Shown piece by piece: positions 1-10,289 of a stretch of 64,000 bases of DNA. Position 1 is the first letter of the stretch. Every line of letters starts with the position of its first letter. Origin of the DNA: an uncultured bacterium (GTDB taxonomy: Bacteria; Krumholzibacteriota; Krumholzibacteriia; LZORAL124-64-63). The notes under the pieces are model-generated. The model was given only the letters and a program-made list of their open reading frames with translations. It was not told the DNA's origin and did not search any database. The position numbers were made by a program, and so were the translations under genes. Location of the stretch: NCBI GenBank assembly GCA_963727525.1, contig CAVSGO010000006.1:160001-224000 (forward strand), given 5' to 3'.

Positions 1-1
1 C

Positions 2-1645
2 CAGCTTCTCGCCACGCCGGGACTCGATCCCGACGTGAGCCCCGATCACGCCTACGACTACAGTTTCGTCGTGTCCACCGGCCCGTTCCCGACCTTTGGC
101 CCGGGCGAGACACTCGTTTTCGAGATTGCCCTCTGCGTCGGCAATAGCCGCGAGGCGTTGCTTTCCTGCTGCGCGACGGCCCAGCAGGCTCAATTCGGAC
201 GCTGGGTCGACTTTGACCACAACTACGCGACCGGACTCGCCGGGCACGAGACGTTAGTCTGTGCCGAGGACTACTACCCCGACTGGAACTCGCCGCTCAA
301 TCCCATCTACGGGCGCAACTCCAACCTCTGGAACCGCGCCTGTCTCGGCGATGCGCTGGTCTTTCCCGACATCACGCCGGACGGGCTTGCCTGGTATCCC
401 GACACTCGCAAGCACTGCATCTGGGTGAACATGGACAACTGCGAGGAGTGCGAGCGGGCGCAGGGAGTGAACTGCTACGATTTCTACGGCCCCAACGGTG
501 GCGAGACCAAGGCGCTGGATGGTCCCGGCACGGGCAACGGCGGCCGCGAGACCCACGCGCCGTGGGAGGTGCTGGACCTGCCGCCGCCGGCCCCATCGAT
601 GCGTGTGGATGCTGCTGATGGCATCGTGCGCGTCTTCTGGGACGATCGCAGCGAGTGGACGCCGGACGGCCTCACCGGTTTCACAGATTTCGAGTCGTAT
701 CGGTTGTGGCGCTCGGACCAGTGGGCCCGTCCGCCGGGTTCGTCGCTGATCACGGGGCCGGCGCGCGACAGCTGGCGCCTGATGGCCGAGTACGACCTCG
801 ATAATCAGTACCGTGTGAATCTGCCCGGCAACATCGTCCGCTGGCTCGATTTCGGCAGCAACACGGGTTTAGCCGATATCACCTACGAGCCCGCCTGTCT
901 GAGCGATCCTCTCTATTCCGGTCTCGAGGAGGCCATGCGCGCCATCATCGAGGCTGACACTGGCGGCCATTATACCTACCGACCCGCTCTGCGCGATGCC
1001 GTCGGCACGCCCGTTCCCGGGCTGGAGACGCTCCTGCCCTGGGAGACCCACACCGACGTGCTGGACACGTTCTTCGCCGTGATCCCGCGCGAGGGGAACG
1101 ACGGCGCGGTTCCGAAGCGCGGCATCCACTACTACCAGTACACGGATACCGAGGTGCACAACGGCTACATCTATTTTTACGCCGTGACCACCACCGATCA
1201 CCAGATGCTGAACGACGGCGTCACCATCATCGGTCCGGGTATCCAGGGCGCGCCCGGCGCGAACTTCGCCCACGCCCAGCCGCGTTTCCAGGCAAACGAC
1301 CCGCATGCCGGCGCGCAGGACGAGGTCTACGTCTATCCGAATCCGGCCACGCGCGATGCGCTGGCGCAGTTCCAGCAGATGGCGTCCACCGACGGCGACC
1401 CTACCGGCGTACGCGTGGCGTTCGCCCATCTGCCGGCATGCCTGAGCACGATCCAGATCTACACGGTATCCGGCGACCAGGTGGCCACCTTCGATCACGA
1501 CGGGACCGGTGGCAATGGCCAGGCCTACTGGAACCTCATGTCCCGGAACAACCAGGAGATCACCAGCGGCATCTACCTGTTCGTGGTCACTCCGCACGAC
1601 ACGCGCTTCACGCCGTCCATCGGCAAGTTCGTGGTGGTGCGCTGA
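2..1645 (+). CDS. Secreted protein with T9SS type-A-like C-terminal sorting domain (5'-truncated by window edge)
   Basis: Frame is open from base 2. C-terminus VYVYPNP...IQIYTVSGDQV...WNLMSRNNQEITSGIYLFVV...GKFVVVR is typical of FCB-group sorting domains. FN3-like segment (PPPAP...VRVFWD...DFESYRLWRS) and a Cys-rich insert. Confidence 0.8.
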   Translation, partial: QLLATPGLDPDVSPDHAYDYSFVVSTGPFPTFGPGETLVFEIALCVGNSREALLSCCATAQQAQFGRWVDFDHNYATGLAGHETLVCAEDYYPDWNSPLNPIYGRNSNLWNRACLGDALVFPDITPDGLAWYPDTRKHCIWVNMDNCEECERAQGVNCYDFYGPNGGETKALDGPGTGNGGRETHAPWEVLDLPPPAPSMRVDAADGIVRVFWDDRSEWTPDGLTGFTDFESYRLWRSDQWARPPGSSLITGPARDSWRLMAEYDLDNQYRVNLPGNIVRWLDFGSNTGLADITYEPACLSDPLYSGLEEAMRAIIEADTGGHYTYRPALRDAVGTPVPGLETLLPWETHTDVLDTFFAVIPREGNDGAVPKRGIHYYQYTDTEVHNGYIYFYAVTTTDHQMLNDGVTIIGPGIQGAPGANFAHAQPRFQANDPHAGAQDEVYVYPNPATRDALAQFQQMASTDGDPTGVRVAFAHLPACLSTIQIYTVSGDQVATFDHDGTGGNGQAYWNLMSRNNQEITSGIYLFVVTPHDTRFTPSIGKFVVVR

Positions 1646-1830
1646 GCCGCCCGGGAGGGCTGGCGGACGATTTCGTCCTGGACGGCGGCTCGATCGAGGC
1701 ACTGATTTCCCAGGAGATTGCTACGGTTGACCTGTAGATGGGAACTCATCGACAGGTGAACAGCTTTCCGGCTGGACCCGATGGGCCGACTCTTGTTTAT
1801 ATTGTTGCGGCTCCAACCCCGCGAGGAAAT

Positions 1831-4800
1831 GTGAAAAAGATCTTCCAGAATCGTGTTCTCGCCGCCCTTTCGTCGCTCCGACTGGCGAGCGTCCTCCTGC
1901 TGATCTTCGCCGTCTCCATCGGCTCGGCCACGTTTCTCGAGGCGCGATGGGGGAGGACCGGGGCTTACGCCCTGGTTTACGGCGCTCGCTGGTTCGAGAT
2001 CGTGCTCGGTCTCCTCACGCTGAACCTGCTCCTGTCCCTCCTACGCCACTTCCCTTACCGGGCTCGGCACACCGGGTTCTTTCTGTTGCACCTGAGCATG
2101 ATCATCATTCTCGTGTCGGCCGGCCTCACGCGGTACTTCGGCTACGAGGGCACGATGCACATCCGAGAAGGCGACAGTACCGACTTCCTCTTTTCCAGCG
2201 AGACCTATGTGAAGGCTTCGTGGCAGGGCGACACCAAGGCTTTCCGCGTGCGCCTCTACAAGCCCGGCCCGCAGCACGTGGAGCACAAGGTCGATTTCGC
2301 CGGCCGTACCTGGACGCTCGGCGTGAGCGAGTACTTCCCGCACTACGAGGAGCAGTGGGTGCCCGCGCCCGGCGGTGTGGCGGCGCTCAGTTTCGGAGTG
2401 CGCGGCGGCGAGGGGCTGCAGATGAAGACCCTGCTCGAGGGCGAGCAGCAAGAGGTGGGCACCATCCCGCTGCGCTTCGTGACCGGGCCGCTGAGCGAGC
2501 AGGCACCAACGTCCACGTACGGCGACGTCCGAGTGCACGTGGGTGGCGAGTCATGCACGTTCGCGGTGCAGCCGAAGGCGGGACCTCTCGGCACCTGCGG
2601 CGGCTACACGTTTGCCCAGGCCGAGTTCCATCCCGACTACAAGGTGGGTGTCACCGATGACGACCCCGACGGCCCCATGCTCAACCCCATGGTCCGGCTC
2701 AGCGTCACGACGCCCGACGGTACGAAGGGTGAGCGTCTGCTCTTCTCGATGCATCCCGACTTCGCCATGACCCACTCGGGTCAGGACGACCAGTTCGCCA
2801 AGCTCGACCTGCTCTACAGCGTGAACGCGTCGGTGAACGTGGCGCGCGGCGACGGCGGCCTGGTGATGCGCGCGCCCTTCCCGGTCACCATGACCGACAT
2901 GACGGGCGAGGTGGATCCGGCCGACTACCCGGCCGGCGCGATCATCCCGCTCCACGAGAGCCGCCTCTACGCGAACGACGCCAGCGGCTTCAAGTTCGTT
3001 CCCTCGGACATCGAACTCTCGGTGGTGCAGCAGCCGGCGGCCAGCGACAACCCCAACGCGCCCGCGGCGGCGCGCGTGTCCATCGCCTCGGGCAACGACC
3101 GCGCTGACGCGCTGGTCGTGAAGGACGGTCAGCCGGTGACGGTGGATGTCGGCGGCCAGTCGATCGCCCTCGACTATGGAGCTCTCATCATGCCCCTGAC
3201 CTACAGCCTCACGCTGGAGGATTTTGTCTTGAAGACCTATCCAGGCAGCGACAACCCGGCTAGCTACGAGAGCTTCCTCAAGCTGAACGACCCGGCCAAC
3301 GGCGTCGTGGATCGGCCGGTGCACATCTACATGAACCATCCGCTCAATTACGCGGGCAGCAAGCACTTCCAGTCGAGCTACGACCAGGATCGCCACGGCA
3401 CGATTCTTTCCGTGAATCACGATCCGGGCAAGTGGCCCACCTACCTCGGCTACGCCATGCTCACGCTGGGCTTCCTGCTCATCCTGTTGCGCGACACGAT
3501 CTGGGGCCGCGTGGACAGCAAGGGCCAACCCGAAGCGCCGGTGGCCCCGTCGAAGCCGCGGCGTCAGGCCATACACGTCGGCATGGCCCTGCTGATCGCG
3601 CTGCCGCTACTCGCCACCGGCGGCGTGGCCCGCGCGCAGGACGCGCAAGAGCAGGGTGGTCATGTGGTGCTGAGCGACGTGGCACGACAGGAAGCGCAGC
3701 AGCTCATCGTGCAGGACTTCCAGGGACGCATGAAGCCCCTGGACACCCTCGCACGCGAGATGGCGATGAAGGTGACCAAGAGCACCCATTTCGAGGGCCG
3801 TGACCCCATGGACATGCTGCTCAGCTTCGCCGTGCAGCCGTCGTACTGGTGGACGCGCCCGGTCATCGCCGTGCGCAACCCCGGTGTGAAGAAGATCCTG
3901 GGCGTGGATGCGGCGGTGAAATACGTGTCGGCCTCGAGCCTCTTCGACGCCAACGGCACCTATATCCTGCAGCAGCAAGTGGAGGACGCGCACCGTGCTC
4001 CGGCGCGCGAGCGCACCAAGACGCAGCAGAAGCTCATCACCTTCGACGAGCGTCTGCACATGCTCTACCTCTCGCTCCAGGGCGAGACGCTGCGTCTGTA
4101 TCCGGTGCCCGGCGACCCCAAGCACACGTGGCTCGGCATCTCCGACGTGGCCGACAAGCTCACCCCGGAACAGAAGACCCAGTACGACGACGCCTTCGCC
4201 GCGCTCTTTGGCGGCATGGAGGATGGCGACCAGGCGAAGATCGTCGAGGGCATCCGCAAAACCGCGGCCATTCAGAAGCAGTATGGCGCCGACGTGCTGC
4301 CCAGCAAGCTGGCGGTGAACTCGGAACTGCGGCTCAACAAGCTGCAGCCGTTCGTGTGGGCGACGGTGCCGTACCTGGTCGGCTTCGCGATCCTCATCAT
4401 CGTGTATTTCGTAGGTCTCATGAAGTACGGCGTGGCCCAGTGGTCGCTGAAGAACCCGTTCTACCTCATCGGTATGCTCTGCTTCATGGGCGGCCTGGCC
4501 TTGCACGCATACGGCTTCGTGCTCCGCTGGATCGCGTCGGGCCGCGCACCACTGAGCAACGGCCACGAGTCGCTGGTGTTCATCGCCCTGGCCGTGGGCA
4601 TCGCCGGCCTCATCTTCGAGCTGGTGAGCCGCTCGGCCGCCGCCAGCGCCCTGAGCTCGCTGCTCACGGCCGTGGTGCTGGGCATCTCGATGATGGGCAC
4701 CTTCGATCCGGCCATCGGCCCGCTGGTGCCGGTGCTCGCCTCGTACTGGCTGAACATCCACGTGACCATCATCACCGCGAGCTATGGCTTCCTCGGTCTC

Positions 4801-5307
4801 TCGGCCTTCCTGGGCGGCCTTACCCTGGTGCTGTTCATGGTAGAGGCCGGGGCGAAGCGTGACTTCACGATCCCCATCGCCCGCCTCGATCGCCTGAACG
4901 TGGCCGTCATGACCACCGGCCTCGGCATGCTGGCCATCGGCACCTACCTCGGCGGCGTGTGGGCCAACGAGTCGTGGGGCCGTTACTGGGGCTGGGACTC
5001 CAAGGAGACCTGGGCGCTCGTGTCGGTGCTGGTGTACGCCTTCGTCCTGCACTTCCGCTGGATCCCCTCCACGCGCAACCCCTTCGTGCAGGCCGCCGGC
5101 AGCTTCGCCGCCATCTCGAGCATCGTGATGACGTATTTCGGCGTGAACTACTTCCTGTCCGGACTGCACAGCTATGCCGCCGGCGACGCCGCCAAGGTAC
5201 CCGCCTGGGTACACATCGGCTTCGCCATCATGCTGGTGACGATCCTGGTCGGCTACTTCGCCTGGCGCGCGCGTCCGGCGGGACCGAACCGAATCGCGGG
5301 GGCGTAG
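1831..5307 (+). CDS. ccsA: Fused cytochrome c biogenesis protein CcsBA (System II heme lyase, ResB+CcsA)
   Basis: WWD motif WANESWGRYWGWDSKETW; conserved His in LLHLS, WLNIHV and SGLHSYA; MNHPL/FQSSYD ResB motifs. Start taken as GTG 1831 after GAGG (ORF extends to 1738). Confidence 0.93.
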   Translation: MKKIFQNRVLAALSSLRLASVLLLIFAVSIGSATFLEARWGRTGAYALVYGARWFEIVLGLLTLNLLLSLLRHFPYRARHTGFFLLHLSMIIILVSAGLTRYFGYEGTMHIREGDSTDFLFSSETYVKASWQGDTKAFRVRLYKPGPQHVEHKVDFAGRTWTLGVSEYFPHYEEQWVPAPGGVAALSFGVRGGEGLQMKTLLEGEQQEVGTIPLRFVTGPLSEQAPTSTYGDVRVHVGGESCTFAVQPKAGPLGTCGGYTFAQAEFHPDYKVGVTDDDPDGPMLNPMVRLSVTTPDGTKGERLLFSMHPDFAMTHSGQDDQFAKLDLLYSVNASVNVARGDGGLVMRAPFPVTMTDMTGEVDPADYPAGAIIPLHESRLYANDASGFKFVPSDIELSVVQQPAASDNPNAPAAARVSIASGNDRADALVVKDGQPVTVDVGGQSIALDYGALIMPLTYSLTLEDFVLKTYPGSDNPASYESFLKLNDPANGVVDRPVHIYMNHPLNYAGSKHFQSSYDQDRHGTILSVNHDPGKWPTYLGYAMLTLGFLLILLRDTIWGRVDSKGQPEAPVAPSKPRRQAIHVGMALLIALPLLATGGVARAQDAQEQGGHVVLSDVARQEAQQLIVQDFQGRMKPLDTLAREMAMKVTKSTHFEGRDPMDMLLSFAVQPSYWWTRPVIAVRNPGVKKILGVDAAVKYVSASSLFDANGTYILQQQVEDAHRAPARERTKTQQKLITFDERLHMLYLSLQGETLRLYPVPGDPKHTWLGISDVADKLTPEQKTQYDDAFAALFGGMEDGDQAKIVEGIRKTAAIQKQYGADVLPSKLAVNSELRLNKLQPFVWATVPYLVGFAILIIVYFVGLMKYGVAQWSLKNPFYLIGMLCFMGGLALHAYGFVLRWIASGRAPLSNGHESLVFIALAVGIAGLIFELVSRSAAASALSSLLTAVVLGISMMGTFDPAIGPLVPVLASYWLNIHVTIITASYGFLGLSAFLGGLTLVLFMVEAGAKRDFTIPIARLDRLNVAVMTTGLGMLAIGTYLGGVWANESWGRYWGWDSKETWALVSVLVYAFVLHFRWIPSTRNPFVQAAGSFAAISSIVMTYFGVNYFLSGLHSYAAGDAAKVPAWVHIGFAIMLVTILVGYFAWRARPAGPNRIAGA

Positions 5308-5333
5308 GCGCGGTCGGGGAGACGGAACGACTG

Positions 5334-5365
5334 GGGCGGAAGCCGTGGGGCCTTCGCCCTTTCTC
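5334..5365 (+). terminator. Probable intrinsic terminator after ccsBA
   Basis: GGGCGGA-A-GCC-gtgg-GGC-C-TTCGCCC hairpin followed by TTTCTCT. Confidence 0.5.
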
Positions 5366-5479
5366 TATCCCGCTCATACGTCTCGACTCGACGGCGAGCC
5401 ATGGCGCCGGCACCGGTGAGCCCGAGCGAGCAATCAGGGGAGGCCTGGCGGCACTCCCCTGTTGGGTTTCTTCCTCTTG

Positions 5480-7474
5480 CTACTTCTTGGGCTTGTTCAG
5501 CATGAAGATGTTGCCGCTGGGACCCTGCGCGGCGGGACGTGTGTGTCTTTCGGCGTGATCGGGGGCTCCCGCCATGGCAGGCTCGGGTTCCGCCTCGGGG
5601 ACGGGCTCGGCCTGAGCTTCGGGCGCCGATTCGGGCTCCGGGGCCGGCTCGGGCTCGGGCGCCGGTTCGTGCGTGGCCGCGGCCGGCTCGGCAGGCGGCG
5701 CGGCGGCTGCCAACTTCTTCTTCGGCTTCAGGATGAAGACGTTCTTGTTGCTGCCCGTCGCCGCCTTCGCCGCGGGCTTGCTCGCGGCCGCTTCAGGTTC
5801 AGGAGCCGTCTCGGGCATGGGCTCGGCAGCGGGCGCGGCATCTTCTTGTGGCTCGCCCGCCGCGGCCACGGCGCTGTCGGCGGCGGCAGCCAGCTCGTCG
5901 ATGAGGGAGCTGGTGGTATTCGCCAGGTCGCAGAGCGCGTCCAGGTCGGGCTCAGGCGCCGCAGTGGCGGGCGGCTGCGGCTCAGGCAGCGGCTCAGGCA
6001 GCGGCTCGGGCGCCGGCTCGGGTAACGGCTCGGGCGCCGGCTCAGGCGCTGGGGTGGCTGCTTGTGGGGTTGGCGGGTCGACCGGTGCTGGCGCCACTGG
6101 TGCCGGCGCCAATGGTGGCGGCGGTGGAGCGACGGGGGCCGGTGTGGGCGTCGCGACCGGCTGGGCGTGCTGCGGCGGGTCGAGCATCAGCTCGCCGAAG
6201 TGGGCGGCGACGCGGTGGATGGAGCCTACGTTCTTGATCACCTGGCCCACCGCCTCCTCGTACTGGCGCTGGTGGGCGAGGATGGCGGCGACGGTGGCCT
6301 CGATCTGGGCCGTCGCGGTGGCAGAGGCGTCGGCCAGTTCGCGCACCTCGCCGGCCACCACGCTGGTGAAGGCCTCACCGGTGGCGCCGGTGCGGGCCGA
6401 CTCGACCTGGATCAGGCGCGCGATCGATTCGCTGTGCTGGGCCAGGCGCTGCACCCGGGAGAGCACCTGCACCATCTCGCGGGCCGAGGCCTGCAACTCG
6501 CGCGCCGTGTCGGCGGTGTAGGTCGCCGCGTTGTTGGCCACGCGTACGATCTTGGCGCCCTCGCCCGTGTCGCTGGCCATCTCGTTGAGGCTGAACAGCA
6601 TGCCCTGCATGGCCGACGCCACGGCCTCGACGGCGGCCTGCATCTTGGCCGTGCTGTCGGCGATGGTCTGCATGTCCACGGTGACGCGATCCACCGAGGC
6701 GCTGGCCAGGTCCAGGTTCAGCGGCACGGTGAAGGCTGGGGCGGGTGTCGGGGCAACGCGGTGGCGTAGCGAGCGCACGGCGGCGGCGGCGGCGGGGGAG
6801 AGATCGTCCGCGTCGTCCGCGAGCGACACGTGCCCACTGGCCGGCTGGGGGTGGCGTCGGCGTGCGCCGGCGATCAACAGCACCGTGAGTACCACGGCAA
6901 AGGCTCCGGCGAGGGCGCGGCTCAGGCCCAGCAGATCCTCTTGCAGGCGCCCGCTGCTGACGAGAGTTTCGCGGGTCGTGCTCATGGCACGCATCAGTCG
7001 GGGCGCCGCGGTGCCGAGGCTGCTCAGCAGTTCCTGACCAGCCGCGCTGAAGATGGAGTACTCGCCGGCGGCGAGGTCGGCGAGGTCGGGACCGATCTCC
7101 TGCCACGCGGCGCGGGCCTCGCCGAGGGCTTGCCGGCTGGCGCGGCCGCGCACGGCCGCGATCTCCACCAGCGATCCGTCGGGGGCGGACCAGTTGCCGC
7201 CGCGGTCGAGGGCCGAGAGGGCCCGGTCGATGCCGACGATGGCCTGACCCAGGCGCTGGCGGGCCTCGTGCATGCTCGGCGCATCCGGAGCGGTGCCCAG
7301 GGCATCCACCTCGCGTACCAGCGCCGACACCTGCTCGATCTCCGTGGAAATCGCCTGCAGGCGCTCGGATTCGCCACCCTGGTGGCCGCCGGTGTACACC
7401 ATCATGCCCAGCGACCCGGCCAGGAGCAGAGCCGCACCCACGGTGACTACGGTCATGAGCGATCGCGCCGACAT
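5480..7474 (-). CDS. Methyl-accepting chemotaxis-like membrane protein with Pro/Ala/Glu-rich C-terminal tail
   Basis: TM-periplasmic helical domain-TM layout. Degenerate MCP hairpin-tip motif IQVESARTGATGEAFTSVVAGEVRELA (canonical [25 protein letters not shown]). About 230-aa low-complexity tail. Confidence 0.7.
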   Translation of the reverse strand: MSARSLMTVVTVGAALLLAGSLGMMVYTGGHQGGESERLQAISTEIEQVSALVREVDALGTAPDAPSMHEARQRLGQAIVGIDRALSALDRGGNWSAPDGSLVEIAAVRGRASRQALGEARAAWQEIGPDLADLAAGEYSIFSAAGQELLSSLGTAAPRLMRAMSTTRETLVSSGRLQEDLLGLSRALAGAFAVVLTVLLIAGARRRHPQPASGHVSLADDADDLSPAAAAAVRSLRHRVAPTPAPAFTVPLNLDLASASVDRVTVDMQTIADSTAKMQAAVEAVASAMQGMLFSLNEMASDTGEGAKIVRVANNAATYTADTARELQASAREMVQVLSRVQRLAQHSESIARLIQVESARTGATGEAFTSVVAGEVRELADASATATAQIEATVAAILAHQRQYEEAVGQVIKNVGSIHRVAAHFGELMLDPPQHAQPVATPTPAPVAPPPPPLAPAPVAPAPVDPPTPQAATPAPEPAPEPLPEPAPEPLPEPLPEPQPPATAAPEPDLDALCDLANTTSSLIDELAAAADSAVAAAGEPQEDAAPAAEPMPETAPEPEAAASKPAAKAATGSNKNVFILKPKKKLAAAAPPAEPAAATHEPAPEPEPAPEPESAPEAQAEPVPEAEPEPAMAGAPDHAERHTRPAAQGPSGNIFMLNKPKK
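5978..6049. repeat. Six tandem 12-bp units (CGGCTCRGGYRN) encoding PEP(A/L) repeats
   Basis: cggctcaggcag x2, cggctcgggcgc, cggctcgggtaa, cggctcgggcgc, cggctcaggcgc read directly from the sequence. Confidence 0.85.
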
Positions 7475-7596
7475 GAAAACTCTCTTTCTTATAGGCGGTT
7501 CGCGGTCCTCTTCCCGGTCATTTTCGCATTTCTGGGGTGCGCATTGAGGATTATCCTGCGTTCTTGGCTCGCGAACCGTCCCCAGGAGGAGTCGAT

Positions 7597-9516
7597 ATGA
7601 TCCGCAAGCTCGCGTTTATCCTCATCGTACCCGTCTTGATGCTGAGTGCGTGTTCTCAGCATCCCGCCACCAGAACCGACGCGCCGGCGCCGCCCGCGCC
7701 GACGGCGCCCGCCAAGATCAAGGTGAACTCCCTCACCGACTTGCCGGCGCACAGCTACCAGGTGCAGGGCTCGGTCTCGCAGCTCCTGCACGATGACGCC
7801 GCGTTCGCCGCCTTCGCTGCCAAGGTGCGTGCTGATCTCGAGTCGGATCTGGCGACGTACGACATCACCGACCCCAGCACCTTGCAGGGGTACTACGGCG
7901 CCCTGGCGAACCTCGATATGCTCGACGGTCGCTGGAAAGCCCTCGCCGTGGACATCGAGAAGACGCGTGAGCTGGAGAGCAAGCCCGCCGCGCGGGCCAC
8001 CAGCGGCCTCGTCGGCGATGCGCTCATCGCCGTGCACGAGCGGCTCGGCGACGACGTGGCGCTGGAGGCGCTGCGCCCGGCGTTCAAGCGTGAATTCGCC
8101 GCACGGGTGGACACGCTGTCATGGGACCTGGTGCAGGACACGGTGCAGAAGAACAACGGCCGCCTGCAGATGCTGAGTCCCAACCTGGTCAACGGCATGG
8201 TCCAGATGCAGCTCGATCCCATCGTGGCCCAGAAAGCCGAGCTGAGTGGCGATCTGGCTCGCAACGTGATCGGCCTGAAGGCGGCGCTTGCGACGGTGCT
8301 GCCGCTGCGCGATGAGATCACCGCGGTGTATACCGACTACATCGAGCAAAACCAGAAAGAGAAGGAGAACATCTGGCCGCCGCGCGAGGTGACGCTGGGC
8401 GCCGACGGCAAGTATCAGCCGGTGGTCATCGGCATCTGGGATTCCGGCGTCGACCTGTCGGTCTACAAGGATCGCCTGTGGACCAATCCGAAGGAGACGG
8501 CCGACGGCAAGGATGACGACGGCAACGGTTTCGTGGACGATGTCCACGGCATCGCCTTCGACGTGAACGCGCAGCCAAGCACCGAGTTGCTGCACCCCCT
8601 CGGCGACATGATGGGCCGCGTGGAGAAGGCCCAGGAGAACATCAAGGGTCTCATGGACCTGCAGGCCTCGGTCGAGAGTCCGGAGGCCCAGTCGCTGCGT
8701 CAGATGATGGCCGCCATGCCGCCGGAAGAGGTGGCGCCGTTCATGGAGTCGCTCAGCTTCTATGGCCTGTACGCCCACGGTTCGCACGTGGCCGGGATCG
8801 CGTCGGCCGGCAACCCGTACGCGCGGCTCCTCTGTGCGCGCATCACCTTCGACTACCACACGCTCCCGCAAGCCATGACCGCGGAGATCGCGCGCCGCTG
8901 GGCTGACGACTACGCCCGCACGGTGCGGTACTTCCAGGCCGCGCATGTGCGCGTGGTGAACATGAGCTGGGGCTGGACCTTCCGCGAGATCGAGTCGGGT
9001 CTCGAGGCCAACGGCGTGGGCGCAACGGCCGAGAAGCGCGCCGAGCTGGCGGGCAAGCTGCTCGACATCCTCGAGGCGGGCCTCAAGGGCGCCATCGAGA
9101 GCACGCCGGATATCCTCTACGTCTGCGCTGCCGGCAACGACGACAACGACGTGGCCTTCGATCGCGTGATCCCCTCGAGCTGGGACTTGCCCAACCTGCT
9201 CGTCGTGGGCGCGGTGGACCAGGCCGGCGATCCCACCGACTTCACCGCCGGCGGCAAGACCGTGCGCGTGTACGCCAACGGGTTCGAGGTGGAGAGCCAC
9301 GTGCCCGGTGGCAAGGACATGAAGATGAGCGGCACGTCGATGGCGTCGCCTCAGGTGTGCAACCTGGCGGGCAAGCTCTTCACGGTGCGCCCGGCGCTCA
9401 CACCGACGCAGGCGGTGGATCTCATCGTCAAGGGGTGTACCACCAAGCCCGACCACCCGTACATCCCCCTGATCGACCCGCGCAAGTCGCTGGACATGGC
9501 GCTGTCCATGCCATAG
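7597..9516 (+). CDS. S8 subtilase-family serine peptidase, lipoprotein
   Basis: Triad motifs IWDSG, HGSHVAG, GTSMASP; oxyanion AAGND; Ca-loop DDDGNGFVDD; lipobox LSAC. RBS AGGAGG before ATG 7597. Confidence 0.93.
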   Translation: MIRKLAFILIVPVLMLSACSQHPATRTDAPAPPAPTAPAKIKVNSLTDLPAHSYQVQGSVSQLLHDDAAFAAFAAKVRADLESDLATYDITDPSTLQGYYGALANLDMLDGRWKALAVDIEKTRELESKPAARATSGLVGDALIAVHERLGDDVALEALRPAFKREFAARVDTLSWDLVQDTVQKNNGRLQMLSPNLVNGMVQMQLDPIVAQKAELSGDLARNVIGLKAALATVLPLRDEITAVYTDYIEQNQKEKENIWPPREVTLGADGKYQPVVIGIWDSGVDLSVYKDRLWTNPKETADGKDDDGNGFVDDVHGIAFDVNAQPSTELLHPLGDMMGRVEKAQENIKGLMDLQASVESPEAQSLRQMMAAMPPEEVAPFMESLSFYGLYAHGSHVAGIASAGNPYARLLCARITFDYHTLPQAMTAEIARRWADDYARTVRYFQAAHVRVVNMSWGWTFREIESGLEANGVGATAEKRAELAGKLLDILEAGLKGAIESTPDILYVCAAGNDDNDVAFDRVIPSSWDLPNLLVVGAVDQAGDPTDFTAGGKTVRVYANGFEVESHVPGGKDMKMSGTSMASPQVCNLAGKLFTVRPALTPTQAVDLIVKGCTTKPDHPYIPLIDPRKSLDMALSMP

Positions 9517-9578
9517 CGGTCGTCCCCGGGAACTTCGCCGCGCGCAGCCGGTTGTTGCGCGCGGCGAAAGGGGATGAC

Positions 9579-10289
9579 ATGCGAACGAGAACGCGCCTTA
9601 TCATTGTCGCACTGGCGGCCGTCACTTTGATGGCGGGCGCCCCGGTTTTACACGCCAGGCCGCTACCCGGCGAGCGTGACATCGGGCGGGATGTTCCACC
9701 CGATCTCCCACCCCAGGCGCCCCTCGGCTATCTCATGGTCGAGGACGACCTCTGGTCGCAATACAGCGGCGAACCGGCGAGTTCGTTTCATGACGCCGTC
9801 CAGAGCTTTCTGGACGACGATCTCACCGCCGCGTCCGAGTCGATCGACCGCGGATCGGCCTTCGTGAGGGTGGAGGGATCGCGCGCCGATCCCGACCATC
9901 GGGCGGCGATCCAGGGGGCGTCCGACGCGCTGACGGCGCTGGCGAACCAGGTGCGGGCGGGCCAGGTCACCGACGTGAAGGACATGAACCCCGTCTTCGC
10001 GCGCGCCGACCGCGTTCTTGCTGAACACCACCTGTTGCTGGCCGACGAGGCCGAGGGCGAAAGCGATGCGCGTCGCGTCGGCCTGCATCTCGAGGCGGCG
10101 GCGCAGTGCCTGCGCGAGCTGAACACATGGCTCGGCGACGAGTCCGATCGGGTCGCCGGCAAGATTCTCGACCGGTCGCAAAAGCTCGGCAAGCAGCTCG
10201 AACAGGGTAAGGCCACGCTCGACGCCGACGCGCGCCAAGCATTGACGGAGTGCCGGCGCCTGCTCGTGGCCGCGCGGCAGCCGCGCTAG
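9579..10289 (+). CDS. Secreted helical hypothetical protein (YfdX-like?)
   Basis: Signal-peptide-like MRTRTRLIIVALAAVTLMAG; GC3-rich codon pattern; amphipathic helices. Confidence 0.6.
   Translation: MRTRTRLIIVALAAVTLMAGAPVLHARPLPGERDIGRDVPPDLPPQAPLGYLMVEDDLWSQYSGEPASSFHDAVQSFLDDDLTAASESIDRGSAFVRVEGSRADPDHRAAIQGASDALTALANQVRAGQVTDVKDMNPVFARADRVLAEHHLLLADEAEGESDARRVGLHLEAAAQCLRELNTWLGDESDRVAGKILDRSQKLGKQLEQGKATLDADARQALTECRRLLVAARQPR

Noticed and set aside
436-456. CEEC in the first ORF as a heme c site
   Set aside because: The motif is CxxCE, not CxxCH; more likely a disulfide- or metal-binding insert
5978-6049. Tandem repeats as a CRISPR array or contingency locus
   Set aside because: In-frame 12-bp coding repeats with no spacers and no cas genes
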